NCBI RefSeq assembly: GCF_001186125.1
Contig: NW_014040537.1
Coordinates: 78,687-113,618, forward strand
Source: Sphaeroforma arctica JP610
Taxonomy: Eukaryota
Length of the DNA: 34,932 nt
Direction: 5' to 3'
The translations under genes and the position numbers were made by a program. Below the pieces are notes generated by a model, which did no database searches, was not told the origin of the DNA, and was given only the letters and a program-made list of their open reading frames with translations. Positions 12,276 to 24,952 of this stretch are shown here, in pieces. The first letter of the stretch is position 1. The number at the start of each line of letters is the position of its first letter.

Positions 12276-12853
12276 TGGATATAAATGGTAATTCGACTGT
12301 TTTTATAACCAGTAAGTCTGAGATACCCGACTCTCAAATAGTCTAATACCCGGCCAGTACGGTCCATACCAGTGTGCTATCAAAACTATATGGCGAGTGT
12401 AAGAAATTGCAGCTTTGTCTAGTGAACCGATATATATCCCTGAATGGTTAATGGTTGATACCAAGTGAGTATACGTAGATGTGTCTACTTAACTGATATA
12501 TATCCTTGAATGCTTCTTTTCAAAACTGTCTTACTACAAAAACAAATACTTTACAGCGCTTTATCAGGCCGGGGTGTAGTGCCCTGAATATACATAGTTC
12601 GCATGAGATCTGATTTTATCTGCGTCTGATCTGATCTGACCTCAAACACAATGTGCAAATACTTCTTAGACAAAGCTGATGTGAACCGATGAGCGTTTTC
12701 ATCTATGGTGTTTACGAGGTGTCGGAGGTGTTGTTTCGGGACGGCAATGTCACCTCACGTCTGCTCGGTGTCACCAACAGAGCTTTGTGAGTTGCCTGCA
12801 CGAGCCATCTACTAGACCTGAAGGTTTGGGTTGTGCTCCGTTTGATATAAATA

Positions 12854-12859
12854 TTTATT
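12854..12859 (-). promoter_or_regulatory. candidate polyadenylation signal of the secreted-protein gene
   Basis: AATAAA on the minus strand, about 140 nt past the stop at 13000. Confidence 0.4.
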
Positions 12860-12999
12860 GAATACACTCTAAATCTACATATAGAGTATGTTTCAACAAG
12901 AACGCGACTAAAAGATTTGATTGAACACTATACCAGCTTGGAGCCTTCCTAATATGGAAAAAAAATTAAAATCGCATCCGCCGTTTTCAAAGTACAAGT

Positions 13000-13650
13000 T
13001 TAATAATTGAACGCAGAAACTAGCAAAGCACTAAACTTATGTATCATCTTTTTAATTATACACGTCATGTCATTGACCAAGTGTCGCACAGCCGCAGCTG
13101 CCCGATACATCGCATACTGCGCGCGTGTTTCAATTTCCTCCAGTTGTTCTTGTTGTTGTTGCTGCATGTATTCTTTCCTCAATCGCATTTGATGTCTTCT
13201 GAGTGCGGCTGCTCGCTCGTGAGCCATCATTTTCTCCGCAGCCGTCTGCTTGCGATGTTGCTCATATTCCGCGCGCTTCATGGCTTCTACTTGTTCAGCT
13301 CTGACAGCCTGTAATTCTTTCCTTGCTTGTTCCTCAGCTTCCATTGCCCTGCGTTCAACAAAAGCAGCCCACTTTCGACCCATCTCCTCTCCAATGTGTG
13401 CCCAGTATGCGCCAACATCTTTCACTGCCTGTGTTTTCTTTGTCGCCAATGGTCGATCTGTGAACACTTGTGTGTGCGTAGACGCTCTTTGTTGTCCTTC
13501 CATCTCACCCATATGTACCATCTCTTCGCCGAAATGCTGCCAGAATTTCCCAACGTCCTCTCCAATAGCACTTGGCTTCTGGCTGCGCAAAGGCATGGCC
13601 ACAGCGGTGGTCACTGCGACGCAGGATAACAATAGTTTATAGATATGCAT
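13000..13650 (-). CDS. intronless secreted protein, 216 aa, unknown family (signal peptide, 2x DVGxxWxHxGEEM, coiled-coil-like E/Q/R/A-rich C-terminal half)
   Basis: The first ATG of the 267-codon ORF is at 13650, preceded by AAA. MHIYKLLLSCVAVTTAVA-MP looks like a signal peptide with an AxA cleavage site. The sequence has coding-like composition and an internal repeat. Confidence 0.82.
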   Translation of the reverse strand: MHIYKLLLSCVAVTTAVAMPLRSQKPSAIGEDVGKFWQHFGEEMVHMGEMEGQQRASTHTQVFTDRPLATKKTQAVKDVGAYWAHIGEEMGRKWAAFVERRAMEAEEQARKELQAVRAEQVEAMKRAEYEQHRKQTAAEKMMAHERAAALRRHQMRLRKEYMQQQQQEQLEEIETRAQYAMYRAAAAVRHLVNDMTCIIKKMIHKFSALLVSAFNY

Positions 13651-15318
13651 TTTACTGTACTGAATCGCGTTTTTGTTTTGAGGACTCTCTCCGGGTGTAA
13701 AATATGTATGTATGCTCTGCACAAGCAATAAAGCTTCCTCTCGCACTCTTTTCAAGCCAAAATTAAAATTGCTTTGGAAATGAGAAATGCTCGAGATATC
13801 CAAACTATACGAATGTCGAATTTGGCAAGTAATATTAGGTAAATCAGATATGACCCATCAGAGGCCCCAAGAATCAGAATAGTCATTTCTAGTTTTCTAC
13901 GTCAAATATGTTCACAGTTCAAACAGAAGGTTCGCACCTGCCCGGGAAATTGGTCAGTGGACTCAATGAGATTGTGGAGTTCAAAGATTTCCTAAGAGGT
14001 CTGAGCCCTGAGGCATAGCGGCATACAAAATTACATAAATAATTAAATACTACTCAAAAAATCACAGCAGATTTTGCAAAACGAAAAGAAAAAAACTACT
14101 AAAAAAAAATGACGGCAAGTACCGGTCAAGTGCTCTGGAGTTTTTTTAGGAATAATCCGAACGCAAGGCCTACTACTCTCTCTCTCTCTCTGTCAGTGTC
14201 AGCTCTACTCTCTCACTCTCTACAGTTACTGTAGAGAGAGACTTCTATAGTGAGTACTGACTTCCTGAGTGAGACTGAGTAGTCCTACAACTTCTACAAG
14301 CCGGTCCGAAAATCGAAAATCAGACCCTGTATATTTATTTAGCTAGGACAGCAAGGATCAGTGTGAGACATCACCCTGGCGCCTGGTGACCTGGTCTCAC
14401 CCTCTCAATTCTGTTCTCAGTTCTCACTCTCAGTATAAAAAATATATATATAAAAACAAATACACACCCCAAAGAAGCCCCAGCCCGCCCCAGAGAGAGA
14501 CGATAGAAACATACATAGAGGCATAAATATCGGTATTTATAAATAGACTTCAAGTTTCAACTCTACAAAAATTAAAAAAAATATCAGCTGATTTTGTAGG
14601 TTACAGCTATTACCGGGTCACCAATGAAGGTCCAATGTAAGCGTAGTAAAACCACACGGAGCTTGAATTGGACAACATAAACCAAACATAAATTATAAAT
14701 GGGTTTTTCCAAAATATGGTTTTTTTCCCCTGTTCATGAGTTAGTCATGACAGAAATAATTCTTAGTATAAATGCCTTGAGCAGGCACTGCAATAAAGCA
14801 CTTATTCTAAGCTCTTATAATTGACAGTCTAACACAGTCACTTTAGTTTTTTTATTTGAGAAAATACATTTTTACCTCTCACACGACCACACCTGACACG
14901 GCGTCCAGTACATTATTTTATTTTATTTTTAAAATACTAGATTTATGTATTTACAGTTTTTAACGTTTTGCACAATTTTCCATTTGAGATTTACATCTAT
15001 TTCTTACCGAAATGGTTATCGACGGACGGAGGGTCATTTTTGCGCTGTATGGCGTTACAAGGCTATGTATGCACCCTATAAATTTACGTAGGAAAATATA
15101 AAAGTTGAACGTTTTATGAACCCATTATTTTTAAAGGGGAAGGCTTGAGGACTTGAGGGGACTCGGGAAGGCACTCAGGCACCCACACGGTCCCAGACTC
15201 CCGCAGTCCCACTCTCAGACTCCCTCTAAAGACTGCCATATGGCCGCAGTTGTTGTTGCAGATGAGGACTTGAGGCTTGGACCTTAAAAGTCCGGGTTTC
15301 TGGGGGAGACCGCGTAAA

Positions 15319-15448
15319 ACTGTGGACTGTGGACTGTGGACTGTGGACTGTGGACTGTGGACTGTGGACTGTGGACTGTGGACTGTGGACTGTGGACTGT
15401 GGACTGTGGACTGTGGACTGTGGACTGTCGACTGTAAACTGTGGACTG
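15319..15448. repeat. (ACTGTGG)n heptamer array, about 18 units
   Basis: direct reading; near perfect. Confidence 0.95.
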
Positions 15449-17181
15449 GGATGCGGAGCTGCCACCACTCCCACCAGCATTGCAGCACGACACTAACGGC
15501 AGCTGCAATGCTGCCCGTGAGGGCTGAGGGCCTGAGGCTGTGCACCCAGCCACCACCGCAGTGCAGTTCAGCCCTGCGCATTATATTTTTGGGGAATCGA
15601 GTTTTGAAATTGCACGAGTTTTGACATCGATGTTTTTTTTTACTTGGCTCGAGTTCAAACCGGAGTAAATAAGTTTTCACAAGTAAACCCTAAAACCAAA
15701 AAAAAAAACTGTGGTGTCAACACTCAACACGAGCGTAATTTATATAAGTGTAGACACTATAGAGACTGTAGACTGTAGACTGTAGAGTGGAGTGTGTAGA
15801 CTCAGTACACAAACCGCATTTTTATCCTATAGCCTATATAGTATATACCTATTTTGGATTTGGTTTCATTTCCAGCCAATGAAATAGATGAAAATTTTGT
15901 TTATCCCACTCATAGTGCTCAGTCTTTTTATAAAGATCCTATGTACTCGAACTAAAGTACCTTGAGTAGTTGAGCTCTCACACATGGAAATGACATCTGG
16001 TGAGTCAATCAAAAAATGTTTGTGCCTGCCCTGACTGATGTGACATTTCAAAATATAAAAATCGTTCTACTATGTAGGAAAAAACAAAGAACTGTCTCGC
16101 AGGAGACAAATTCTGTAGCAAAAAAATATATATAGCAAATATATATATATATATATTTATATTTATTGTGTAGTTTACGACACTAAGAATGAAAATAGTA
16201 GTTAATATATATGATGTGAAATGTAAAAATACAAATAAGAAAGAATCTAGACCGAACCAAATTTTACGCGACCGACCTACTTTGAATTTGAATTTAGTTC
16301 TACCTTCACAAAGAGCGCTGCGAGAAAATGGCATGCCTGTGCCACTCCCTTATGTGTGTGTCTTCTTTCCTGGTCATTTGGTCAAACGAAAATTAATGCC
16401 GCTATGTCACTCATGTACACATGAGTCACCGTTCTCACTAATTTGTCGTACTAACCACAATCATGCACAATTTGATATATACCTACAATGCAGCTTCTTG
16501 TATGCTTTGAGCTAGGCAACTTCTTACGCCTGGTGAAACAGTTTGGTGCTCCTTATATCAAAAATCTTGTCGGAAGGAATAGTATGACAAGCTTGTCAAA
16601 CACCTTTGAAGGCAAATGTCAATAGAAGTTATATTTACTTCATGCACAATCTAAACCCTAAAACATCAAAATATTGCACCAAAATTCAACATGCGACGAC
16701 AGACGCGAGACTGTTGATAGATCGAATTGATCGCGATCCCCACGAAGGAAGCACTGCTTGTTGACTATAAAAAGCAAATCGGCCGTAGCATTGCTTCTAA
16801 ATGCTTGTTATAGTTTTGATGTTTGATGCAAGTGATCCACATTAAGTTTTGATATTTGATACAAGTCATTATCATTAACTACTCCAAGATGTGTTTAATA
16901 GACGCTTGGAGAGATTGACAATATGTGCACGCGAGCCATGGACTGTAGAAATCATTTGTATTGTATGAAATACTGTATTATGCTCTTTCAAATTTGAACT
17001 ACTCTATCGTGCTGAGAACCCTCGTGGCAATCTGTGCTTATTGTGGGACCGGTCGCAACTACATTATTCCAGTTGTTAATGTCTAGACTGCGATGCGCTC
17101 ACATCGTTGTCTGTTCGAACCTTATTGCGCCTGCAATAACGGTTGAAGAATCTTAGAGATGAATTTATTACGGATTGTCAA

Positions 17182-18057
17182 TCACGCTAATGAGAACGTT
17201 CTCTCCAAATCAGAAAGAGCGAGCTCGTTAAAATGTGAGAAATCTCCGACTGGCGACAGAAGATTCTGGCCTATACTTGGTTCCAGTTCCAGGTCAAATG
17301 CGTCGAAGCTCCACCCAAAAGAACTGAGAGAAGGAGTCGTCGAGTTCCGGGATAACATGGAAGATTGTGTGTCCATTCGCTCTAAGGTATAATTCGTGCC
17401 TGTGTTCGGATTGAGTAGTGCTAGGTGCTGTGTGGGTGACTCAGGAAGACTAGTCGAAACAGGCGAATACATGCGTGTATCTAGCAAACCGCTCGCCTTT
17501 GGTACAGAATCAAGCAGTCTCAGATTTCCCAACGTAGAAGCTACAGCCAAATCCGAGTCGGGTATCAGCGCAGGAAAAGCATTTGATCTTTCAGTTGGAG
17601 AATCCGTTGATATCGTCGGTAATAAATCGAATTCAGGAAGGATTTGTGTTGGTTGGTTCAGATTATCAGGCACCAGACCCTTGAGTAATATATCGGAAAA
17701 CGCAGTCTGACAGCGCTTGAAATCATAGTAAGGGGTTCTGGGTGTGTGTAAGGGTAGAAAGTTTGACTGTGTAGGTAAGATAGGTAGGCTCGATTGTACT
17801 TGGCCAATGGGTGCAACAGGTCGTACGTGTTGTACACGAGGCAGAGTGGTCGTCATTTTAGGACTCATCTGCTGTCTCGTAATTGATATTTTACGCACAG
17901 AGTGTAATGAAGGCTCACTCCTGGATCTCTTCGCTCCTACCTTCGCATTTGTATCTGCATCTTTGGATCTTCTCTTAGTGCTGCTTTTAGAAACAAAATC
18001 GGCTTGCTTCGCATAGTGCCACTTACGGTAGACAGTGTTGGCTTGTGTAGATGTCAT
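17182..18057 (-). CDS. intronless hypothetical protein, 291 aa, S/P/T-rich and probably disordered
   Basis: Long ORF in non-repetitive sequence with ATG at 18057 (AAA ATG). It has a basic cluster TKRRSKD...KRSR and an acidic/aromatic C-terminus. No domain recognised. Confidence 0.78.
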   Translation of the reverse strand: MTSTQANTVYRKWHYAKQADFVSKSSTKRRSKDADTNAKVGAKRSRSEPSLHSVRKISITRQQMSPKMTTTLPRVQHVRPVAPIGQVQSSLPILPTQSNFLPLHTPRTPYYDFKRCQTAFSDILLKGLVPDNLNQPTQILPEFDLLPTISTDSPTERSNAFPALIPDSDLAVASTLGNLRLLDSVPKASGLLDTRMYSPVSTSLPESPTQHLALLNPNTGTNYTLERMDTQSSMLSRNSTTPSLSSFGWSFDAFDLELEPSIGQNLLSPVGDFSHFNELALSDLERTFSLA

Positions 18058-19855
18058 TTTGTTTCTCAATTATATGAAAGAGATGATACGATGCCTGTCA
18101 GTAATATCGCTTAATTGTATTCAGCGAGAACAGTGATCGTATGGAAAACTTTATCGTATAGAAGTTATGCTCAATTCGGATGCGGCGTTGACCTATTTAA
18201 AGTTCCTGTCACGAAAATCCTGACCGGCTATGTGATGTTCAACTCTTGTAAAATTATGTGGATAGGTTGTTTTCCGTTATGCAATTTTATGCTCTCTGAC
18301 AATTCGGCAGTTGGCCTGGGCCCCAGGCCTGGCTGGCCCCTGGGCACTTCGCAAGTTCACAGTCTCATCAGATGATCAGTGTAACAATTTTTATTTTGTT
18401 GGTTTTCTATATTTTTAAATTTTGTTCTTTGTTTGTTTTTGTTTTGTTCTGATCTGAATTTTTGGAGAAAAAAAACAAAAAAGAAACACAACTGTATAAT
18501 TTAGAGGGCTATGGGCGCCTAATCGCCTATGGCACAACCCAAAACAAAAAAATCTCTCATATTATTAAATTTGACGTCGAGCTTTTGTTCTTCTCCAGAT
18601 CGAAACTAAATATATATTTACGTCACTACTCATTATATACGAGTGGATTCTGTGGACTCTGTTGTGGACTTTGTTGTGGACTCTGTTGTGGACCTGTAGA
18701 CTCTGAGGACTCTCGCGTGGATTCTGCGGGCAGTATTGAGTTTATAAACCCTACACCCCACGAACCCTCTCTCTCTCTCTCTTTCTCTAGTAGTCCCTAC
18801 TCCCTACGAACTTCAGCCGAAGAAGGTTGACACAAACAACTTGTCCAGTTATCCGTGTGACCTGTACTCGGCTGTGACTTGTGACTTGTGACTTGTAAGA
18901 TTGTGTACCTTTTTTTTTTTAAACAAACAACATTGAGTAATTACTAGTATTTAGACATTGATGAGTAATTAACCATTGAGAGTGATGATTTCAGTCATAT
19001 TTATTACTTTTGTTTTTAAAAACAATAAAATACTTCTCTCTTTTTAATTAAAATTTTTTAGTTTGTCATTCTTTTAAAAATTGTAAAATAAATAAAAATA
19101 ATAAACAAAACAAAAAATAAATGTCACTAACGCAAAAATGTTACAACTTCACATTTGTTTTTAAAAAATATGTATTCACTACAGTTGTGATGTAAATAAA
19201 TTTATTCTCTGTATATTCATAAATCTTTTTTTTAAACAATTCAAAAAACTGTTGTATCTTTTAAAGAAAATACATACATACATACAGTCAGTCATACATA
19301 CACATGTTTTCTATTCATATTTGTTTTAAACAAAATAATAGAAAACAACAAGTCAACAACACACGAATAATTTTTTAAAAATGTATGTGTTATTTACATA
19401 TTTACCTACGGCCCTCAAACCTCAGGGGTCAGGGCCTCATATTTATCTATGTAAATACCTTTTTTTTTAAAGTCTCATAGTGACATATACTTTTTCTTTT
19501 TGATATTTTTTAAAATAATACCCCTAAAAACTTGTTCACAGGCCACACTGGCTAAGCTCATTACGTTATGGTGGTATGGAATAGAAGTTGAATGTAAACG
19601 CATATTTGAATGCGTTCAGCAAATGCGAGTTCAGTAATCAGAAGAACCTAAATACCTGTTATTTTATAGGACTGGTTTGTATGGGGAAAAAAAGTTAAAC
19701 ACAAAATGTTTAGACTCGCAAGGTTAGGGCCACAGCCCATTCACTAATCACTGCTAATTGACTGTTTACTCATCCTGTGCAACACCTGTTATTCATCATT
19801 GGAATAAAAGCAAGAGTTGTTAATTTGCTTCTTTGTGCTTTGTCAAAAGACCTCA

Positions 19856-19882
19856 CATAGCCTTCTGAAATAGAAGGCTATG
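19856..19882. mobile_element. 27-bp palindromic micro-element with a 7-bp flanking direct repeat
   Basis: GACCTCA-[CATAGCCTTCT GAAAT AGAAGGCTATG]-GACCTCA; related copies at 20623-20655 and 22863-22893. Confidence 0.55.
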
Positions 19883-22800
19883 GACCTCAAAAGAAATTGT
19901 ATTTCAAATAAAAATAGCATGTATAGTTGTGGTAGGCAGATAGAGTAAAGACAAAAAAGCCAAGTTCGAGACGAGGCGCGAAATCGAAGCCAGGCATAGT
20001 TTTTAGGGGGGATTATATAATAATTATATTTTACAACAACAACAAAACTCTATTCTTGTCAAATCCGATTAGCCGACAGGTGAGAGCCGAGCCCCGGGGG
20101 CCGAGGCCCTGCTACTAGTAGAGTAGCAGTAGGGACAAAGGGCCGGGCCCCGAGTGACCGAGTCCCGAATCCCGCGAGTGACCCAGTCCCGAGTCCCGCG
20201 AGTGACCCAGTCCCGAGTTCCGATACTCCCGAATCCCGAAACTTTGAGTCATTTTGATTTTCTTTTCTGTTTCAGTCCGCTGAATTTAGAACAGTTTGCG
20301 CCACTCGTAAGTCGTAAGATGAGAGCAGCCAGCAATCAGTATGTAATTGTATGTATTTCGAATGTAAGCCGTAGCGTACATCGCCCGTAGGGTCTGCAGT
20401 CTGCACCCATTCAATCTCAATCAGGGCAATTCAAATCCAATCCATAACTTTTATGTTTGTTTTTTTAATTATATAAACAATCAAAAAAAATCTAATATTA
20501 AAAATATATACATAAATAAATACATATACATTTATATTGAATTAACCATAGCCTTTTTAAAAATAGTTTTTCTTTTCTTTTAAACAAAATTGACGCTTCA
20601 CAAGTTCAGTCCGATATAATACCATAGCCTTCTAAAATTCAGATTGAAGGCTATGTATGTAAAAAATTAAAAATTAACACTCATAGAGCTTTTTATTTAT
20701 ATTTTTCTCTTTATTTGTTCTTGTTGTTTCTACAAAATCAAAAACAAAAACAAAAGAGAAAGCAAAACAAAAAAGGAGGCGATGTTATCACAGTTTATTT
20801 CCAATTTTCTTTATTTATTTTTTAACATTTGTATATGTACGTACAACATATTGTTGAGGTTAGCTCCAGTGCTCCAGGCCCAAGCTCCAGTCCTCCATTC
20901 CTCCAGTCCAGAGTCTTGACTCTCGTGTCTCGAGTCTCGACTCTCGACTCACTCGAGTCCTAATCTCAAGACGATTTTAAACGTTAAACGTTAGACGTTC
21001 ATCGAGTTTTTTTTTGCGTTGAAACGCTCCCATGTACATACTGATTTTGGCCCAAACAAAATCCCTAAACCCTAAAGCTATTAGTTAACGAGTATCAAAA
21101 TACCAGGACATAATTACTCCGTACTTGCCCTGGAATTTGTCTCCACTAAAATATACTTGACCCAAAATGGAACTAAACGTTCGATTCTTCATCTATTAAC
21201 GTAAACGCTATGAGGTTAAGTCTGCTCACTTTCAGGACTTCAGAAGTTCTAAAGTTCAAATATGTAAATTGTAAACATCCCCGGGGTTTTGTTGTAAAAA
21301 AGCAAAACAACCTTTTTTTACTCTCATGACTCATGAGGCCTGAGCCCTGAGGGCACTTATTTTAAAGTGTTAGGGGATTCAGTTACTTTTGTAGTCGACA
21401 CTTGACAGTATTGACATTTGTCAGTAGATACCTTGAATTTCAGCCTCCAGGTTTTGAACAAGCGACTCTGGCCACTGGCCAGTGGCCAGTGGGTAGTAGC
21501 TGAGTGGCCACTCTACTCTAGAGAGAGTAGGCCCACTTCCCACAATGACCACACACGAGTGTAGTAGTTTTATACGCGGCTACAAACAGCCTAAAGTTCC
21601 TCTCTACTCTTATCTCTCTTATTTTACGTGAGGCGTGAGCCCATAGGGCATAGGCTTGGAGGAGAGCTGAGGACTCTCGTAAGTTGTGAAGTCGTGAGCC
21701 CATATGCTGAAGGCGCCTGTAGCGGACGACAGCTTGACAAGTGACAACAGGTTAAAAACACACTCACACACGAGAAAAAGTAAGACTCCAGAAACTGAAG
21801 AAACTCAAGAGACTGAGAGAGAGACAGAGAGTCCAGGTCTCCAGGAGTCCAGAAGACCAGGAGTTCAGGACGGCAGGACTACTCTCTAGAGAGTAGGTAT
21901 TTGTTTCTTGTGAAAACAAAAATACATACATGGCCCTCTGAAAAATAGAACACAAAAGGCTATGAAAAATACAAACAAAAAAAGCCACATCCTGTCATCC
22001 ACCCACCCACATTGGTGGACAGTGGAGTTATGGGCACTGGAGTTGTCCCAAGTATTTACTCTGAGACCCTGCTGAGCTGGTGATCATTGGTCGACTGGAC
22101 GTGGCACTTTGACATGGAGTGATGGACACGTGGTAGATGGTATTACTATTTACACAAATAAAAATTATAGTATACTTTAAAGAGTATAGACTATAGAGGG
22201 ATTGTATTTCTAGAAAAGCTAAAGTATTAGTCACTGAGTTGACAACTTGACATTGACAGTTTAACAATAAAAACAAAAGTGTTCGTTTACTCTCAACTCT
22301 CTCTACTCTACTTTGATACCTAAGAGCAGAGGTAGAATGTGAGAAAGTCTGTGAGAGTTGAGACTATATGAATCTCTGTGACTAAGGAGCTTGGAGTTGG
22401 ACCTTGGAACTTGGAAAAGAAAATTTTTTGATCTTTTTCATGAGCCGATTTTGCCGAACTCGGAAGGCATTTTAGTTTACATTTTGTTCATGTTTTTTAT
22501 TTTATTTTAAAAGGTATACTTGCAGCTTGACTACAGTATTTCTTTAAAAACAAATAAGACATTTCAGTTTCCTGCTCAAATCTCAATTTCTCAACACGCA
22601 ACTCAAAACGTCTCAAGTGAGTCATGACTCATGAGTCTCATGACTCATCAGTCTGAGCCTCGGAGACTGGAGTCAATTCGTGTCAAATGTAGTCAATTTT
22701 GTTGTATTGTATATAAAAATTTTATATAAAAATATATCTTTTTCTTTATAAATAATATACAATATTCATAACCTTATAAAAAAAAATAGAAGTACAAATG

Positions 22801-24650
22801 TACAAAACAAAAGGCTTTTTTTTTGTATTGCCTATTTTTAAAAATCTTTAGAAGGCTATTTTTATAGCCTTCTGTATAATTTAGAAGGCTATGCTATTGC
22901 TAATGTTTGTTTTTTTTTTAAACATATTGTCTAAATAGTGGTATTTAGGCGGGTCACGGACTCAAGGGCTCACGGCCCACGGCCCACGACCCCGCCCACA
23001 GCCTCACAGCCCACAGGTGTCTTTCTTTTTTCTATTTTTTATATCGTTTTTAGAAAAACGACAAAAGAATTTTTCTCAAAGACCGGCGACAAGCCGGCTG
23101 CCAGGGACTCCGTCCAATTGACGCTTTTTGGTTTTGTATTCTTTTCTTTCAGAGCCGTCGAGACTCCAGACTCCAGAGTCACTCTATGCTCCGGAATTGA
23201 TAGTTTGATACAGTGATAACTGATATCTGATAAATCATAGTTTGCCCTTTTCTATTTCTGTCTTCAAATTTCAAAAGACGAAGAAAAAATTGACCTCCAG
23301 ACTCCAGTATATATATATATATATATTATTTTTTTTAAATGTGTGCCTAAAACCCATTAGAGCCCCAACGGAGTAATAAAAGCAAAAGCAGCTCTCTACT
23401 CTTCATTATAGAGTAATAAGTACTCTCTATTCTCGCTTGAGAGAGAGAAAGTGAGAGAGAGAGAGAGAGAGAGAGAGAGTCCGAGAGTCCGAGAGACTGA
23501 AGACTTCGATTACTCTTGAAAGCCTAAATACCTTATGACTAAAAATTATGACCCTAAAATTATGTGGAATTCTTGATGCCACCTGAAAGAGCCACCTAAA
23601 CCGCCACTTGCAATTTGAGCCACCTAAATTGGCCACCATTGTAAGAGCTACAGTCGCCACGAGTACCACAAAAGCTTTTCATATTGTGCACATATATCCA
23701 AGGTACAACACTAATTTTTAAAGAGCTTTAATAGCACAATTTCGGCATTTTATAGCTACTTTTGATGAAACTTCAAGTATGGACAGATGCGCTGCCGAAT
23801 ATTGTTCAGCTGGACACACGGCTTCAAATCCGAGCCATCGTATTCGTGTGTGGCATGACTTTGTATGTATATTTTGTATAGTTAATGCCCACTTGGTCTC
23901 CTTTAGTGGGGTAAGAAGAAGATGCGGGCAACGCACACTACTACAATCCTAAGTACTACTACAATCCTAAGTTTACATCTACTGTCGGCTGAGAATAAGG
24001 CTCACTGCTTGTTTCTATGTGTACCAACAAAATCTTATACTAACAATATCGGTAATCTCTTTTGCTCGCAAAAGAATTGCAAGCTGTGCAGACAGTTGTT
24101 TGAAAGCTATTCGGGCTGATGTGTATACACCTAACTAATATGTCATCCATCCATGTGAGACTTAATATAAAGTCAGTAATCTATTGTAGCGAGTCAGTGT
24201 GTGATCGACCAAATCTCAAGTCACCAATACAGATCGCATCAAGAGCAATAGTACAGGGTTGTTCGGTGTTTATTGCACTGTTACTACAATATTCTTCCTT
24301 CAAATGCCTTAACCGTGCCTGAGCACTCTGCCAACAGCTAATTATACTATACCAAACTGCGGTCGTGCGAAGGATTGTGAAATCTCCGGTACATAGAAGG
24401 AAGTTAAGCAGCGAGTCCAGCTGTATTTAAAATCACCTCTCCGCGTCCAGCCAATATATTATTGTTACATTCGAAGCTTCTCGTTCGGCGCCAAGGTTAT
24501 CGGGCCTGTCGCTGGAACAATGCTATGGGTTTACTTCCATGTTTCCGAAAATTCCAGCTTTACGCCACTTATTTGATCATCTGTTGAATGTGATGTATAT
24601 AACTATTTGTATATATTTCATAAATATACATCAAATACACCGTATACATA

Positions 24651-24690
<40 letters not shown>

Positions 24691-24728
24691 TATATATAGA
24701 GATAATAAATATATACATATATATATAT

Positions 24729-24792
<64 letters not shown>

Positions 24793-24812
24793 NNNNNNNN
24801 NNNNNNNNNNNN
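24793..24812. other. assembly gap (N run) inside a (TA)n tract
   Basis: 20 N. Confidence 0.98.
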
Positions 24813-24921
24813 TATAGTATAGTATAGTATCTATAGTAATATATATATATATATATATATATTGTGGTAGGTAGTGTTGTGTGTAGTAGTGAGTAGTGTG
24901 TGTGTATATTGTTGTGTGTAG

Positions 24922-24952
<31 letters not shown>

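Noticed and set aside
13651..13803. N-terminal extension of the secreted protein from a TTG start
   Set aside because: Eukaryotic context; the first ATG at 13650 directly starts a signal peptide.
15114..15680. 188-aa ORF with STVHSPQ repeats
   Set aside because: Product of the ACTGTGG heptamer array; no other coding signal.
23500..24500. Higher-complexity segment as a hidden gene or ncRNA
   Set aside because: Only short ORFs, and no convincing splice pattern or long hairpin was seen; probably 3' UTR or intergenic.
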